NCBI RefSeq assembly: GCF_001194135.2
Contig: NC_068985.1
Span: 31,299,385 to 31,363,384 of the forward strand
Direction of reading: 5' to 3'
From: Octopus bimaculoides
Lineage: Eukaryota
Length of the DNA stretch: 64,000 nucleotides
The translations under genes were made by a program, and so were the position numbers. The first letter of the stretch is position 1. Each line of letters starts with the position of its first letter. Shown piece by piece: positions 1 to 12,417 of this stretch. The notes below the pieces were generated by a model. It was not told the DNA's origin. It did no database searches and worked only from the letters and a program-made list of their open reading frames with translations.

Positions 1-1684
1 AAATCTTCTACGAGTTTTTGATGGATGAAATGTTCCAATATATAGTGAACAAAAATGACTATGCTGAAAACCATCCCCAGCATGTCAGACCTGGGCATGG
101 TGGTGATTGGTTTCCAACTAGAGGGTCAAAATCAAATTTCTGCTTGCCCTGCTGATACTGATGGGCATCATGAAGAAACCGACCCTGGTGTCATATTGAA
201 TCTGGATCCAGCCACATCGACACATTTCTTTCCAGAAATGATGGCACGTGATCGATTTTTGGCGCTTCTTCGAAATCTACATTTCAACTCAGATAAGAAC
301 CAGGATGACAGGCTGCACAAAATAATCTTATCATTGACAAAGTGACTGAAAATTTCAGAATGATGTATGTCCCCAAACAGGACATTTGTACGGATGAAAG
401 TTTGTGGAAATTCAAGGGAAGGCTCCGATTCAAACAATACAACCCGACCAAATGTGCTTGCTTTGGAGTCAAGGTTTATAAAGTATGCCAGTCAACTAGC
501 AAAGCCTGTAGATAGATATAGAATTACAAAATCTACACTGGTCAGGACAGATTGGATCTTCCAGTGTCTACTCTAGCGTCAATCAGAGTTGAATGAAAGC
601 TTGTTTAACAAAGGCTACAATATTTATATGGACAACTGGTATTCCAGTCGCGACCTCTTCCAGCATTTGCAGACGAGGAAGACTAATGCCTGTGGGACTG
701 TGAGGACACACAGGGAAAACATGCCACCTGATCTTCACAAGATAAAACTTCGAAAGGGGGAAACAGTGTACCTATGCATTGATAGTGGCATTTTTGCTCT
801 AGTGTGACATGACAAGAAAAACGTCTGCATGTTATCCACAACACATTCTGCAAGCATGAAGGACACTAAGAAACAAGATGAGGATGGTAATGCAATAATG
901 AAACCAAGCGTAGTTGTTTCATACAATGAAGGGATGGGCGGGGTTGATTGCTCAGACCAGCTGGCGACGACACACAAATTTGTGAGAAAATTTGTGAAAT
1001 GGTACAAAAATATTTTCTTGTCTATAGTTGACGGTGTGGGGAATGGATTGACATTCAGGAATCTACTGTTCTATGAAATGATAGAAGCATCAGAGCTTCC
1101 AAAGTACAAAACATGTGGACATCCCCATGTTGGACTCTCTCCTCACCGCATGGTGAAGGGACATGGGCATTTTCCATGACTGTTTTCCCCCAACGCCATG
1201 AAGACAAATGCTCCAAAGAGATGCACAGTATTTAAAGCAAAAGGGAAACATAAGGAAACTAGATACTATTTGTTCACAATGTGATATGCCACTGTGTGCA
1301 GTATCCTGTTTTGAACTCTACCATACTAAAGTCAATTTTTGAATTCATGTGATTGTAAATACATGAAGTTGATCTGACTTGTTTTGTTGAGTGAACTTAT
1401 TCAGGGATAATACCACATGAGCATCCTGCACAGGGATGTAGTTTAGGTAAATAAACAATACTTGCACTAAAGTGGTTGACGTAAATATGTTAAACATTAT
1501 CTCGTACTGAGTGCTGACTTCAATTGATGCAACTACCATTGCCTCGTACAGGCAAATGAATGAATCACCGCCGTAAACTGGTTAAAGCCACTGATGTAAA
1601 TATACGCTGAACCATTGTCATGTGCTAATTGCTGATCTCAGCCGAGATGACTACCGTCAATGCAACCTAGTTGCTTGGGGTTAA
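1..1684 (+). mobile_element. Decayed piggyBac (PGBD-type) DNA transposon, 3' part, inside MTHFD1 intron 4
   Basis: Frameshifted fragments: DESLWKFKGRLRFKQY (393 onward), YMDNWYSS, NACGTVR, YNEGMGGVDCSDQ, KWYKNIF, and a Cys-rich tail ending ~1342. Candidate right end is ...GGGG|TTAA at 1677-1684. Confidence 0.88.
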
Positions 1685-2546
1685 TAAAATCATTTTTAAT
1701 AAATGTGTAAAATTAAAAAGATAAAACCATCTGTATTTATACTGATTTCTTAGTTAAAAAAAACTTCAAACTTCCTCCTCTCAGGTGAATGAAAATGAAG
1801 ACTGTATAATACTAAGTTAACTATTACCAAAAAGTGAAATAAAACTGTAGACATGATTTCCCTCTATTCTTTGGTATTTGGTCAGTCTCTACTGTTGCTA
1901 CTCTTTACTATACAGTTGTTGTTTGGCTCCAAGTGGCTGTGACCAAGCATATCTATGGGTGGAGGTATCCCAATTATGACCATCCAATCTAAGATTACAT
2001 TATAGAATGTCAGTGTGGAAGACAAATATCAGCCATTCAAAAACACAAAGACAGTTAGCAACACTATACAATGTTAATTTTTTAAGCTGATAGAATGTGA
2101 TTAGGCTGTTATTTCTAGCAATTGAACAACTAGGTGAAGACTCACTCATTGGCCTTTTTACTGTAAAGCTGTCTATATATAAACAATGAAAGAAAGGGCA
2201 ACAATGCAAACTGCTGCAATTTGTTGTACATTGCAATTTTCTTTATTTTAATATTTCTCTTGTAAAGACATGGTTTTGATTATCAAAGCCATTTTACTTG
2301 GACTTTTATCACTAATGATTTTGGAGAAAACAAGCCTTTCACAGGATCCCTTTTATTTTCCTCTACAAGCCCCAGGCTCCATGGATACTTTTAACAATTT
2401 ATACTCAGTTAATATTTAAACTTTGTTTCCTAGTGCACATGATTAATCCCTAAAGCTGTAGATAACCTCCACCTAATAGATTATCAACCAATTAACTGAA
2501 TAGTATTACTGATTGTTAAAAAAAATGCAGAATGCTGTCAAAGTAC

Positions 2547-2606
2547 CTGAACAATGATACCATGGACAGTAAGGTCTTCATTGAGTCTGTTAACTGTTGC
2601 CAACAC
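2547..2606 (-). CDS. MTHFD1: MTHFD1 coding exon 4 (60 nt)
   Basis: Long poly-T then cgctcttttag| acceptor, donor CAG|gtactt; encodes VLATVNRLNEDLTVHGIIVQ. Confidence 0.93.
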
Positions 2607-5600
2607 CTAAAAGAGCGAAAAAAAAAAAAAAAAGAACTTAAAAACAAATAAATGTAATTGCAAATATCTTGAGGGTTGGTATCAGGAAAGGCATCCGACC
2701 ATAGAACATACTTCAACATACTCTTGTCTGTCTCATGCAAGCATAGAAAAACAGATGTTGAAAATGATAATGATGAACTGATAGGTACACACTTTACAAT
2801 TCTTATAGCCGAATTGTGTGCTTGTCTCTTTTGTAACTTTTAACCATTAATAAGTAACACTTGAACATCATCTGCAATGTGAGAAGACCCGGCAAGCCAA
2901 GTAAGATCGTTGCCAGTGCCCCTGGACTGGTTCTTGTGCGGGTGGCACATGAGATGCACCATTTTGAGCGTGGCAGTTGCCAGTACTGCCTGACTGGCTC
3001 CTGTAGGATTTTCGAGCGAGATCGTTGCCAGTGCCCCTGGAATGGCTTGTGCGGGTGGCACATAAAAGACACCATTTCGAGCGTGGCCGTTTTCGTGCGG
3101 GTGACACGTAAAAGCACCCACTACACTCTCTGAGTGGTTGGCGTTAGGAAGGGCATCCAGCTGTAGAAACTCTGCCAAATCAGACTGGAGCCTGGTGTTG
3201 CCATCCGGTTTCACCAGTCCTCAGTCAAATCGTCCAACCCATGCTAGCATGGAAAGCGGACGTTAAACGATGATGATGATTAGCCCCACAAACTACATAC
3301 ACAAGTTGTGTGTTCAAACAGTGTAACTGGGTCATATACAATACTAAGCAGCCTGGCAGGCAAGGATACATATTTATTGCAGCAATAAATTATAAGTATA
3401 TTGCACACCAGTAATTAAATCCTTATCAATATTTGTCATATATAAGATTATAACCAAAATACTTCTCAGCATGAAATTTGTTAATTCCAAGACTTGTTAG
3501 CAGACATGATCTTAAGTAATGGTGTCATGTTTAATTCACTCAAAAGCAAGTCAGTGTAAAAAATAAGTGCTTAAGAATATTCCACAATCGAATAGTAAGC
3601 TTTTAAACAACATATTTTAAAAAAAGACACATAATATTCATATGGTAGTGTTGCTGGCTTCCTGTGATGTTTATGCTTATTATATCACTTGACCCAAACT
3701 GAAAGTCAGGTGATCAGTGCTATTTAACAGTTATTAGTTTGATCAAAGAAGTATTGTTATTCAAAAAGTAACAATAAACAAACAATAATGATGAGGAAAA
3801 TCAGTAGAATAACTAAACAAGAGAAGGCAATAAAAGAACTGAATTAGTAAGTACTGTTATCTAACTTACATCAGCTTGAGTTGAAGATTTTGGTAATTTG
3901 ATGTGCTCTGCTTTCATTCCAATGTCAGCTGAATTCTTTACTTTCATTCTAATATAAACATTAGAATCTTCACGGTCTCCAACCTAATAAAAGAATGGTT
4001 ATGACTATACACTACTACTACTACAACCACTACTAACACCAATTGTCTGATATTTAGTATCAGACAGGTAGTAGTAGTTTAACAAGCCCAATTCATGTGG
4101 TTGAAATTGTCTTGTCTTTCAAGTTAAGCTTACTGCTCTTATTTCTGTTACATTTGTATAAACTTCTGCATCTGACTAAACCTTTTATTTAAACAAGGAA
4201 ACAAACATTTTCTTTACTTTATTTTGTACTCCATAAATGAAGTAATTCTAAATACAAATATTAGTTTCTCTGAAATAAAATCATCTTGGCAATCTCATAA
4301 AAACAAAGACCTTGCTCTCATGTTTATTATCCTATGACAGTTTCAAAATGTTAGTGATAATCCTTAACATGCAATGCAATTTAGTTTAAAACAATATCCT
4401 CGGGTGTCTTTAATGAAGTTCATTTAGTTGCATTTGAACCAGAGTTTCAGTACCCTGCTCCTTGTAGATATCCAGAATGGGCGTCAACTGCATCAATCCC
4501 ATACACCAAAGAGATCTTCAGAAAGTCATGGGCACTAATCCTTGCCCTCCACTTCTGATGAAGTATCACAAAACGAAAAAAGATTGTGTAATTAGGAAAC
4601 ATTAAAGATAAGGCAGCTACTTTGTATTTCATCAATATATGCCAAGATTAAAGTATTTTTTATAAGCATATAGTAAGTGATGGTAACAAAAATAGTAAAT
4701 TATATACAACTATAGAAGAAAAGACACTGACAGTTTGATATAACTGAGATTCACTCTTTATAGAAAGGGAGTGCAGTCAGTTGAAGTGATCCTTAGTTCA
4801 TGTTTGGTTATCATTTATGGTTCACATTGATGGCTTGAACCATCTCACAAGAGAAAAGTTAAAAGTTCCCTTAACCATTGCCAATGATATGTATGTCATT
4901 ATTTGAATATCTCAAGCAGTATTCATAACATCTGTGCTTATCTCTAAGGTGCTTGAGTTGAAAGATTAATTATCTTACTTAGAATACTAATTGCAATCCT
5001 ATATCTAACTAACCCAGCTTTTATTATGATTAGCCATTCTCACCTGGACTATAACTAAGCAGGGTAAAAATTTGGGATACTTGTCTTGGAAGTTTTCAAT
5101 ATCTTCTTTCAATTTATTGCGGATCTCCCTAAAAAGACATTAACAAAACAAATCAAAGACACTTAAATAGCATAGTTTCATCTACACGGTGAAACTTAAA
5201 GAAATCTATGTACAAAAAAAAAAAACAAAAAAAAAACTGTTTAATTCAAGTCAGCCTCGACCAATTTGTCTCTATATTTAGAATTCTGTTTGTACAATGT
5301 CTCTTTTTCCTACCAAGACATCAGGTTGTGTGATTGCTGGGTGATTTGGCTATTATATGCATAATTGTGGGGTGATCTGGCTATTATATGCGTAAATAAT
5401 TTTTTTTATACCTGCATAGACATCAGATTTGAGAGAAAGCAAGCAAAAAATTAGTAATATAGTTAATATCAAAATGTATGCAAGTTTGTGGTGTCAGTAC
5501 GCAAAATTTCAACTCTTCAATTTATGGTATCACTCCTCTAACCCCTTGATTTGTGAATTGACTAATTACGTATAACATACATGGACAACGTGGGTCGTAA

Positions 5601-8600
5601 GGCTACTTTTAACACCTTAACCAAGCTCTGATGTAATTTTTAAATACTATTTATTTAACTATAAACAATTAAGCATTAGACAAAACACAAAATTTTTAAA
5701 ATGAGGCTGTTTTTATCAAATACACTGTAACTATAAAAAGAAAAAGGAAATTTGAAACATCTGTTTACAAGCTCAAAAAATCTAAAATACAAAGTTAAAC
5801 ATAAAAGACTAAGCAACTTAACCCGTTAGCATTTAAACTGACATTATCCGGCCCAAATATTCTACCTGTTCTATGTTTAAATTGTTAAGATATGGCCTCT
5901 CACACTTACTCTACAATGTCATTCTGAAAATAGTTACATCATTAACCCAACAACTGCTTCCAACACCAGAGCTCTGATATTGTGAACAAACCAAAATAAA
6001 ATACTGAACTCCTTACATTCTTATGAAACTTCCCCTGCACATATCCACATCCCCAATTCAATCCCCTGTATTATTCCACCTATATTTCCATCCCCCCATC
6101 TCCTCGTTCTCTCCCATCCACTTTCTCCAACTGGAATATTCTTGTATCTCTTCTACAGCAAGATGCCCATTTCTATCCCTCAACTATTCTTTTAACCTCT
6201 CAACTGGCACAAAGCCACCTCCTTCAATACTACTCCCTCCAGTTGAAAGACTTTGTCTCACAAGTTGCTTAGCGACCCCACTGGTACTGGTGCCACGAAA
6301 AAGTACCCATTACACTCTGTAAAGTGGTTGGTGTTAGGAAGGGCATCCAAACATAGAAACCATGCCAAAACAGACAACAGAGCCTGACAAAGTCTTCTGG
6401 CTTGCCAGCTCTTGTCAAACCATTCAACCCATGCTAGCATGGAAAACAGACATTAAATAATGATGGTAATGATTAAATATTAAATTTTCTAAAGAAACAG
6501 GCTTCAAATATGTAGAGTTAATAAATTTTATAATTTATAATATCACATATTCTGAAACACTTAACATTTTTAAAAAGGAAAACTGTTAAAAGTTCATGCT
6601 TTTCAAATCTCATAACACTGTGCCTCTCAGGCATTTCCGGTTGTTTCTTTTTTTTGCATCTTTTGTACTCTTCACACTCCCACCCCACTAACCACCATTT
6701 TTCACTTATTTCTCTCATCTCTTTCCTCTTCCAAACCCCCAGGTTTGCATTCTGTAAAAACTATTTTTTCTATTTAATTTCCATACCACATAAAAAAAAA
6801 ATTAAAAAATGCTGCTTGTGGTTACTGTAGCTTCTAAAAATAACAGTTGATGAACAATTCATGGCAATATTGCTATTTTTCCATTAGACAATGTAGACAA
6901 AAACAAATAAGAATCAATATAATTCTTATCAAGCTGAATTTTACATGGCGCATTTTTCATTTCCCAGAGATGACAATTATGGATAAATTAACCTTCACTT
7001 CAAGATGCCATGACATTAGCTTCAGTTTGGAGTATTAGTATTTCTTGCCAAGATCCCCACCTCCAGGAAAGAAATATTCAATTAGTTACAAAGCTTATAA
7101 AAAAAGCAGAACCTATACAAGAACTTGCTCTGAATCCCCTCTCGCAGTCTAACCCCTTGTCCCCTAGCATGGCGCTGACCCTCCACCCCCACCCCAGAAT
7201 TTATAGTCCTGCAAACTGCATGGTGATTTCAATAGTGATGAATATATATTTTATATAGCATCAAATATATGCTATACGAGCCAACTCATGGACATTAAAT
7301 GATAATGAATTAGAAAAGGTGTTACAACAAAAATTTAGTATGATAGCAAGATGGGAAAGCAAGAGTGTGTTTGTCTTATTTCCTTTAATTAAAAATATCA
7401 TTATCTACATTGCAAAAAACTGAAATTATCTCTTCATAGACATTTCTTTCAAAATTCCAACTGTTTTTTCACACATCTAGTTGATATTTTTTGGAGCTAC
7501 TGGAACCATGAGCAGATCAATAATTTAATTTGTGTCATATGGGGAGCAGAAAAGAATCAAGAAATTTGTAAAACACAGATTTTTGAAGAAAGATTTTTTT
7601 GAAATGTGCAATATATAGTGAAGAAAAATAAATAAATAAACAACTAAATCAAATGTATGGGGAGGGGCATTTAAAAAGTCTGAAAAACATGGATTTTTGA
7701 TTTTAACAAAAATGTTATTTGTGATTACTATTCCAAACAACCAGAGACAATTATGTATGTTTCGATTTATTAAACCTCATCAGCATTGTATTTTCTAACG
7801 AAACAGATAGAAAAAGGCTATAATTTTTGCTCAGCATAATTTGTATAAATAGAGTTACGGGAAAACTCAAATGATTAATGTGCTTTTTTTCTTTTAAGGA
7901 CGTAAGGTATGGTGGTAGACATTCAGATGCTGTCTCCAGCAGATCAATTGATCATGTAGTGCTCTCATCTGCATATGTTAAATTTTGTTTTAGTCAGGTG
8001 TGCTTTTGTTACTGTAGAAAGTATTCGATATCAAACATTCTTTCAATAATTTCTATTTCCTCATTAAAAATTTTTAACATTTTCTGTTAATTTCTTACTT
8101 AAACATCAAGAATATATTTTAAATGGGTGCAGACTTGGCTGTGTATTAAGAAGTTTGTCTCCCAACCACATGGTTCTGGGGTCAGTCAACTAGGGCAAAT
8201 GTCTTCTACTAACACCACAGGCCAACCGAAGCTTGTAAATGTAATTAGTAAATGGAAACTGAAAAAAGCCCATCACGTGTGTGTGCGTGTGTCCTACCGA
8301 CTTTGTTTCCTCATAACTTCAAGAAAAAAACGGATATTTTGAAATGAAATTCTCTACAAATATCTTTCAGACTGTGAAAATCATGATTATATCAGAATCT
8401 ATTGTGGAAAAAAAAAAGTCCCAGGGTGGGGAGAGGAGTTTCGGAAAATTCACACATGAGTCAGCTGTTTTCTCATAACATTCCGGAAAATCGGCGTTTG
8501 AAGGACATCAGTGATGGGTAGTACACACAAGATGGAATTTCTCTGATTTTTTTCCCACAATGCTCTTGGAAGTGAAGGGGAGCATCTTTTTATGTAGAAA

Positions 8601-11276
8601 AAAAAAAGGCACTGTCATGCTATTAGCTGTCAGAAGTGAAAGTGCTCACTGCTAGTGAAGTATCTGCCTGTCTGCCTGTCTGTTGCTGGCCTGTCGATTC
8701 TTTGGCTACTGACAGCTAATACCATGACTGGCCGGAGCGAGCTATATGTCTGTCTGTCTCTCTCTCTCTCTATCTATCTATTACTCGAAAGTTCGCGCGT
8801 CCGCGCTAGCTAGTCGTGAGTAGAAAATACAAATTTAATATAAAAACATATTTCCTGAAATTGCAAGCATACAGATACTTCACTAGCAGTGAGCACTTTC
8901 ACTTCTGACAGCTAATAGCNNNNNNNNNNNNNNNNNNNNNNNNNNNNNNNNNNNNNNNNNNNNNNNNNNNNNNNNNNNNNNNNNNNNNNNNNNNNNNNNN
9001 NNNNNNNNNNNNNNNNNNNNNNNNNNNNNNNNNNNNNNNNNNNNNNNNNNNNNNNNNNNNNNNNNNNNNNNNNNNNNNNNNNNNNNNNNNNNNNNNNNNN
9101 NNNNNNNNNNNNNNNNNNNNNNNNNNNNNNNNNNNNNNNNNNAAAAAAAAAAAAAATTTCAAAAATCGCATTTTCAAAATTTTAATACCCCACCCCCACT
9201 TTTCACTTTTTCCGCAATTTTTTTTGAGATATTCAAGTGTCTTCTACTATAGCCTCGGGTTTGTGAGTGGATTTGGTAGACGGAAACTGAAAGAAACTTG
9301 TCGTATATATATATATATATATATATAAATATGTATGTGTGTGTTTATCTTTGTGTTTGTCCCCCTAACATCGCTTGACAACCGATGCTAGCGGTTCGGC
9401 AAACGTCACCGATAGAATAAGTACTAGGCTTACAAGGAATAAGTCCTGGGGTCGATTTGCTCGACTAAAGGCGGTGCTCCAGCATGGTCACAGTCAAATG
9501 ACTGAAACAGGTAAAAGAGTAAAGAGTATATTCGGCTATTAATCACATCAAAACGAAAGATAGCCAGTAGATTGATGGAATAAAAAAAATTCGAAAAAAG
9601 TTTTTAAAAAAAGTTTAAGAAACAAAAGATATTACTACGGGAAATTACTCTGAAAGAAATCTAAGCAGAAAGGTGAGTAGATTGATTACATATTTCGTAT
9701 CGCAGTTTTGGCTGTTATTTCTAGCATGTGGTAGCCTGCTTGAAGGTCTGAGTGTATATATTGTTTTTGTTTTTTTTTTCTTGTTGAAAAATTGAAATTT
9801 TAGAAACGAATTTGGCACTATCATGCTATTAGCTGTCAGAAGTGAAAGTGCTCACTGCTAGTGAAGTATCTGTCTGTCTGTCTGCCTGCCTGTCGATTCT
9901 TTGGCTACTGACAGCTAATACCATGACTGGCCGGAGCGAGCTATATGTCTGTCTGTCTGTCTCTCTCTCTATCTATTACTCGAAAGTTATTGGAACAAAT
10001 TCGACACCTATATCCATGCGTTTGAAAACACAACACAGAGTATAAGGGTACTCGCGTCCGCGCTAGCTAGTCGTGAGTGGTCGATCCTATTATTTTTAAA
10101 CTTCAAACTTCATTTGTTTTCTATTTTGATAAATTCTCTCTGTTGAAAATTATATTTTTATATTTTAAATAATNNNNNNNNNNATAGTAGATAGATATCA
10201 GTAAGTAAGTAAGCCAATAGCTCGCTCCGGCCAGTCATGGTATTAGCTGTCAGTAGCCAAAGAATCAACTCAAACCAGCAACAGGCAGGCAGACAGACAG
10301 ACACTTCACTAGCAGTGAGCACTTTCACTTCTGACAGCTAATAGCATGATAGTGCCACGAATTTTTTTCAGAATCGTAATCTTTCTACTTTTCTACGTAT
10401 TTGGCAAAAAAAAAAAAATTGCGGGGAAAAAGTGAAAAATGAAGGGGGAGGGGCGGTTATTGAAATTTTGAAAATGCGATTTTTGAAATTTTTTTTTCAG
10501 AATCGGATCCTCCATAACCAAAAACGTGGGATTCCATAAAAAATAAAATCAATATATATACCCATTTTACCGGAAGTTATGACGGAAAAATCGGAACTTT
10601 TGAATTTTCCGAAAGTCCCTGAATATACTATCTGAAATAAAAAGTCCCTAGGGTGTCAGCGTGCATTTTTAAAAATTTTCATATTCGTTTTCTACATACT
10701 TGTTAACACCCCAAGTGTGGTTTATAATTTTATTTGTTCCCGGGTGAAGATCTTTATATTGTGACCATTATTTTCCAAGCCACTTTTATCACGAAGTTTG
10801 TTTACTAACAGAAGTATGCTTATATTTAACGATTCCTGCATTTTCCCGTTATTTTGAAGCACGCAACCCGAAACATTTTGGTGAAATTCTGGTTTAAGCA
10901 CTTTGATATTTTAGTGCAACAATCTATTTATATGGGTACACTTGTTATTCAAAAAAGATTTTGAATGGCGCAGTTCTTTGTTTTCAGACATAAATATTGG
11001 TTTTGTTATTTACTGAGTTTCGTTTGTTGCTAGTTTTTTTTTTTTTTTACCTTATTTCTGGTTCTGCTTCTGTCTGGCGCGCAAAGAAATTAAATGATCA
11101 TATTTCATTTCAGCATAAACGTGAAATTACAAAAAAAAAGTTTCTGTTCCTTAAAATATTAATGATGTTTTGTCATTTTAAAATTAATTTACACGTCACA
11201 TGAAGCAAATTATAAATAGTTGTAATAATATTTTAACTTACGCTGAAACATCTTTACCGCTCAGTAAAGTTGCCAT
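2547..11276 (-). CDS. MTHFD1: C-1-tetrahydrofolate synthase (MTHFD1), 5' part only: coding exons 11276-11242, 5128-5044, 3983-3870, 2606-2547; gene continues beyond the left edge
   Basis: Spliced translation is MATLLSGKDVSA-EIRNKLKEDIENFQDKYPKFLPCLVIVQ-VGDREDSNVYIRMKVKNSADIGMKAEHIKLPKSSTQAD-VLATVNRLNEDLTVHGIIVQ (98 aa). It matches the N-terminal dehydrogenase/cyclohydrolase domain of MTHFD1, including the YxxxK motif (YIRMK). All introns are GT-AG with compatible phases. There is no mitochondrial presequence, consistent with the cytosolic enzyme. Confidence 0.93.
2879..3280 (+). mobile_element. 5'-truncated RTE LINE 3' end (last codons EKTRQAK*, repetitive 3' UTR, (GAT)n tail)
   Basis: Starts gagaagacccggcaagccaagtaa, matching the C-terminus of the RTE ORF at 53372 (ERTQQAK*). 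Near-identical to the copies at 48563 and 57743. Confidence 0.8.
3870..3983 (-). CDS. MTHFD1: MTHFD1 coding exon 3 (114 nt)
   Basis: Acceptor ttcttttattag|, donor GAT|gtaagt; encodes VGDREDSNVYIRMK...TQAD. Confidence 0.95.
5044..5128 (-). CDS. MTHFD1: MTHFD1 coding exon 2 (85 nt)
   Basis: Acceptor tctttttag|G, donor CAG|gtgaga; encodes EIRNKLKED...LVIVQ. Confidence 0.93.
5818..5944. mobile_element. Partial piggyBac-type MITE
   Basis: Begins TTAACCCGTTAGCATT and shares internal sequence with the inverted copy at 25815-26030. Confidence 0.5.
6265..6462 (+). repeat. Diverged RTE-tail repeat
   Basis: tggttggtgttaggaagggcatcc...ccatgctagcatggaaaacagacattaaataatgatg motif. Confidence 0.7.
8129..8280 (+). 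repeat. Diverged tRNA-head SINE (family A)
   Basis: tggctgtgt...ccaaccacatggttctggg...ggaaactgaaaaaagccc, similar to 63636-63800. Confidence 0.6.
8608..8919. repeat. Palindromic repeat family P: copy 1 (+, 8608-8821) and partial inverted copy 2 (-, 8871-8919, runs into gap)
   Basis: Internal 20-bp inverted repeat (8614-8633 / 8709-8728), (CTGT)n and (CT)n tracts, gcgcgtccgcgctagctag end motif. Confidence 0.8.
9234..9528 (+). repeat. SINE family A, 5'-truncated composite copy
   Basis: Matches 63710-64000 including the internal (TA)n tract and the gactgaaac..taaaagagtaaagag tail. Confidence 0.85.
9814..10356. repeat. Family P copy 3 (+, 9814-10095) and copy 4 (-, 10184-10356), facing each other across a 10-N gap
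   Basis: Direct sequence match to copy 1. Confidence 0.8.
11242..11276 (-). CDS. MTHFD1: MTHFD1 coding exon 1 (35 nt, MATLLSGKDVSA)
   Basis: ATG in ctgccATGg context; donor GC|gtaagt; phase 2 joins exon 2. Confidence 0.9.
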
Positions 11277-12417
11277 GGCAGTTTGGTGACGTTCTACAAA
11301 ATAACTCGAATTATGTCTTGTTACTGTAATCGGTCTAAAACAGGAGGCAGGAGACACGTGTGAGAGATAAAAAGTGGGGGAAGGACGAATCGCAAAACAA
11401 GCTCTAGTTACGTTTCTGGCGGCAATCAGGTGACAAACTGGTCGGAAAAGCATGCGGTAGGTCATTGTTCGCACGTGTTGGCCGATAACAAATATTTTCG
11501 ATTGTATATAAACTTGTTTTAAGAATTGCTATCTTTCAACAAGATAGATACCAAGCTCAGCATTATTTCTGTCACCCCTCACTATTTCAGAGAAGAAATT
11601 TGACTACAGGACCGGTGTAACGAAAGATATCACTATCAGCATTTCACAAGGTCACATAGCTTACTTTTTCGTCAACGTCAACTCAGACATTTCAAGATTT
11701 GGTTAACGACACTGCAATTGATATACAGTCATTTTTTATGAGACATTTTACAATTTTAGGGTTTTATAGAAAATGTATGTACTAGTGTTTTTATTTCAGC
11801 TTGGGTTTGACATTTTTTAAAGTAGTGTACTCGATCCGAAAACAATAGGCCAAATCATTTTCATCAAATTTTCTTGATGAATTTTGGAATATCCCTGAAT
11901 ATACTGTCTGAAATAAAAAAAATTTTCAAAATGGAAAATTCACTGTCCAATTTCTTTGTTGGATACGCGAAAATCAGTATGGATACGTAAAAGCATGCGA
12001 AATATTATTTTAAACATCGGACATTAACAGTCTTTTTAGGTACCCGTTTTGGCGGAATTCTCGTTTAAAGCACCCCATTATTACTCATAACTTTATTTTT
12101 TTTGGAACGTTCTGAATATTTTTGTGAATTTGTGTTCTACACGCGGGGATTCATACGATTATGGAAAAAAAATTCTTTTAATTTTTTTAAACCCTTCCCC
12201 TCCTCACATAAGTCTTAAAAGTTTGTACAAATAGCCATACTAATATTTGAACACAATGCATACATACACATACTGAGAAAGATACAAGCGAAGTGATGAG
12301 TGAGTGAATAGTAACATTTATTAAATATTCTCGTAGATGTTGACCAAATATGTATGTATAGAGTTGTATGAAAAATGTGTATAGGTAATCTTATACTATA
12401 GCGACGAAAATTACCAA

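Noticed and set aside
3208-3224. CTGAGGA-ctggt-GAAAC on the minus strand of the RTE tail (also in the 48563 and 57743 copies) resembling a hammerhead core
   Set aside because: Only 5 nt lie between the boxes, so stem II cannot form, and the GAAAC is not kept in other copies (e.g. ctggcaaacc at ~60040).
3788-3842. ATGATGA...CTGA pair resembling a C/D box snoRNA
   Set aside because: It is antisense to the host gene, has no terminal stem and no recognisable guide; such pairs are expected by chance in AT-rich DNA.
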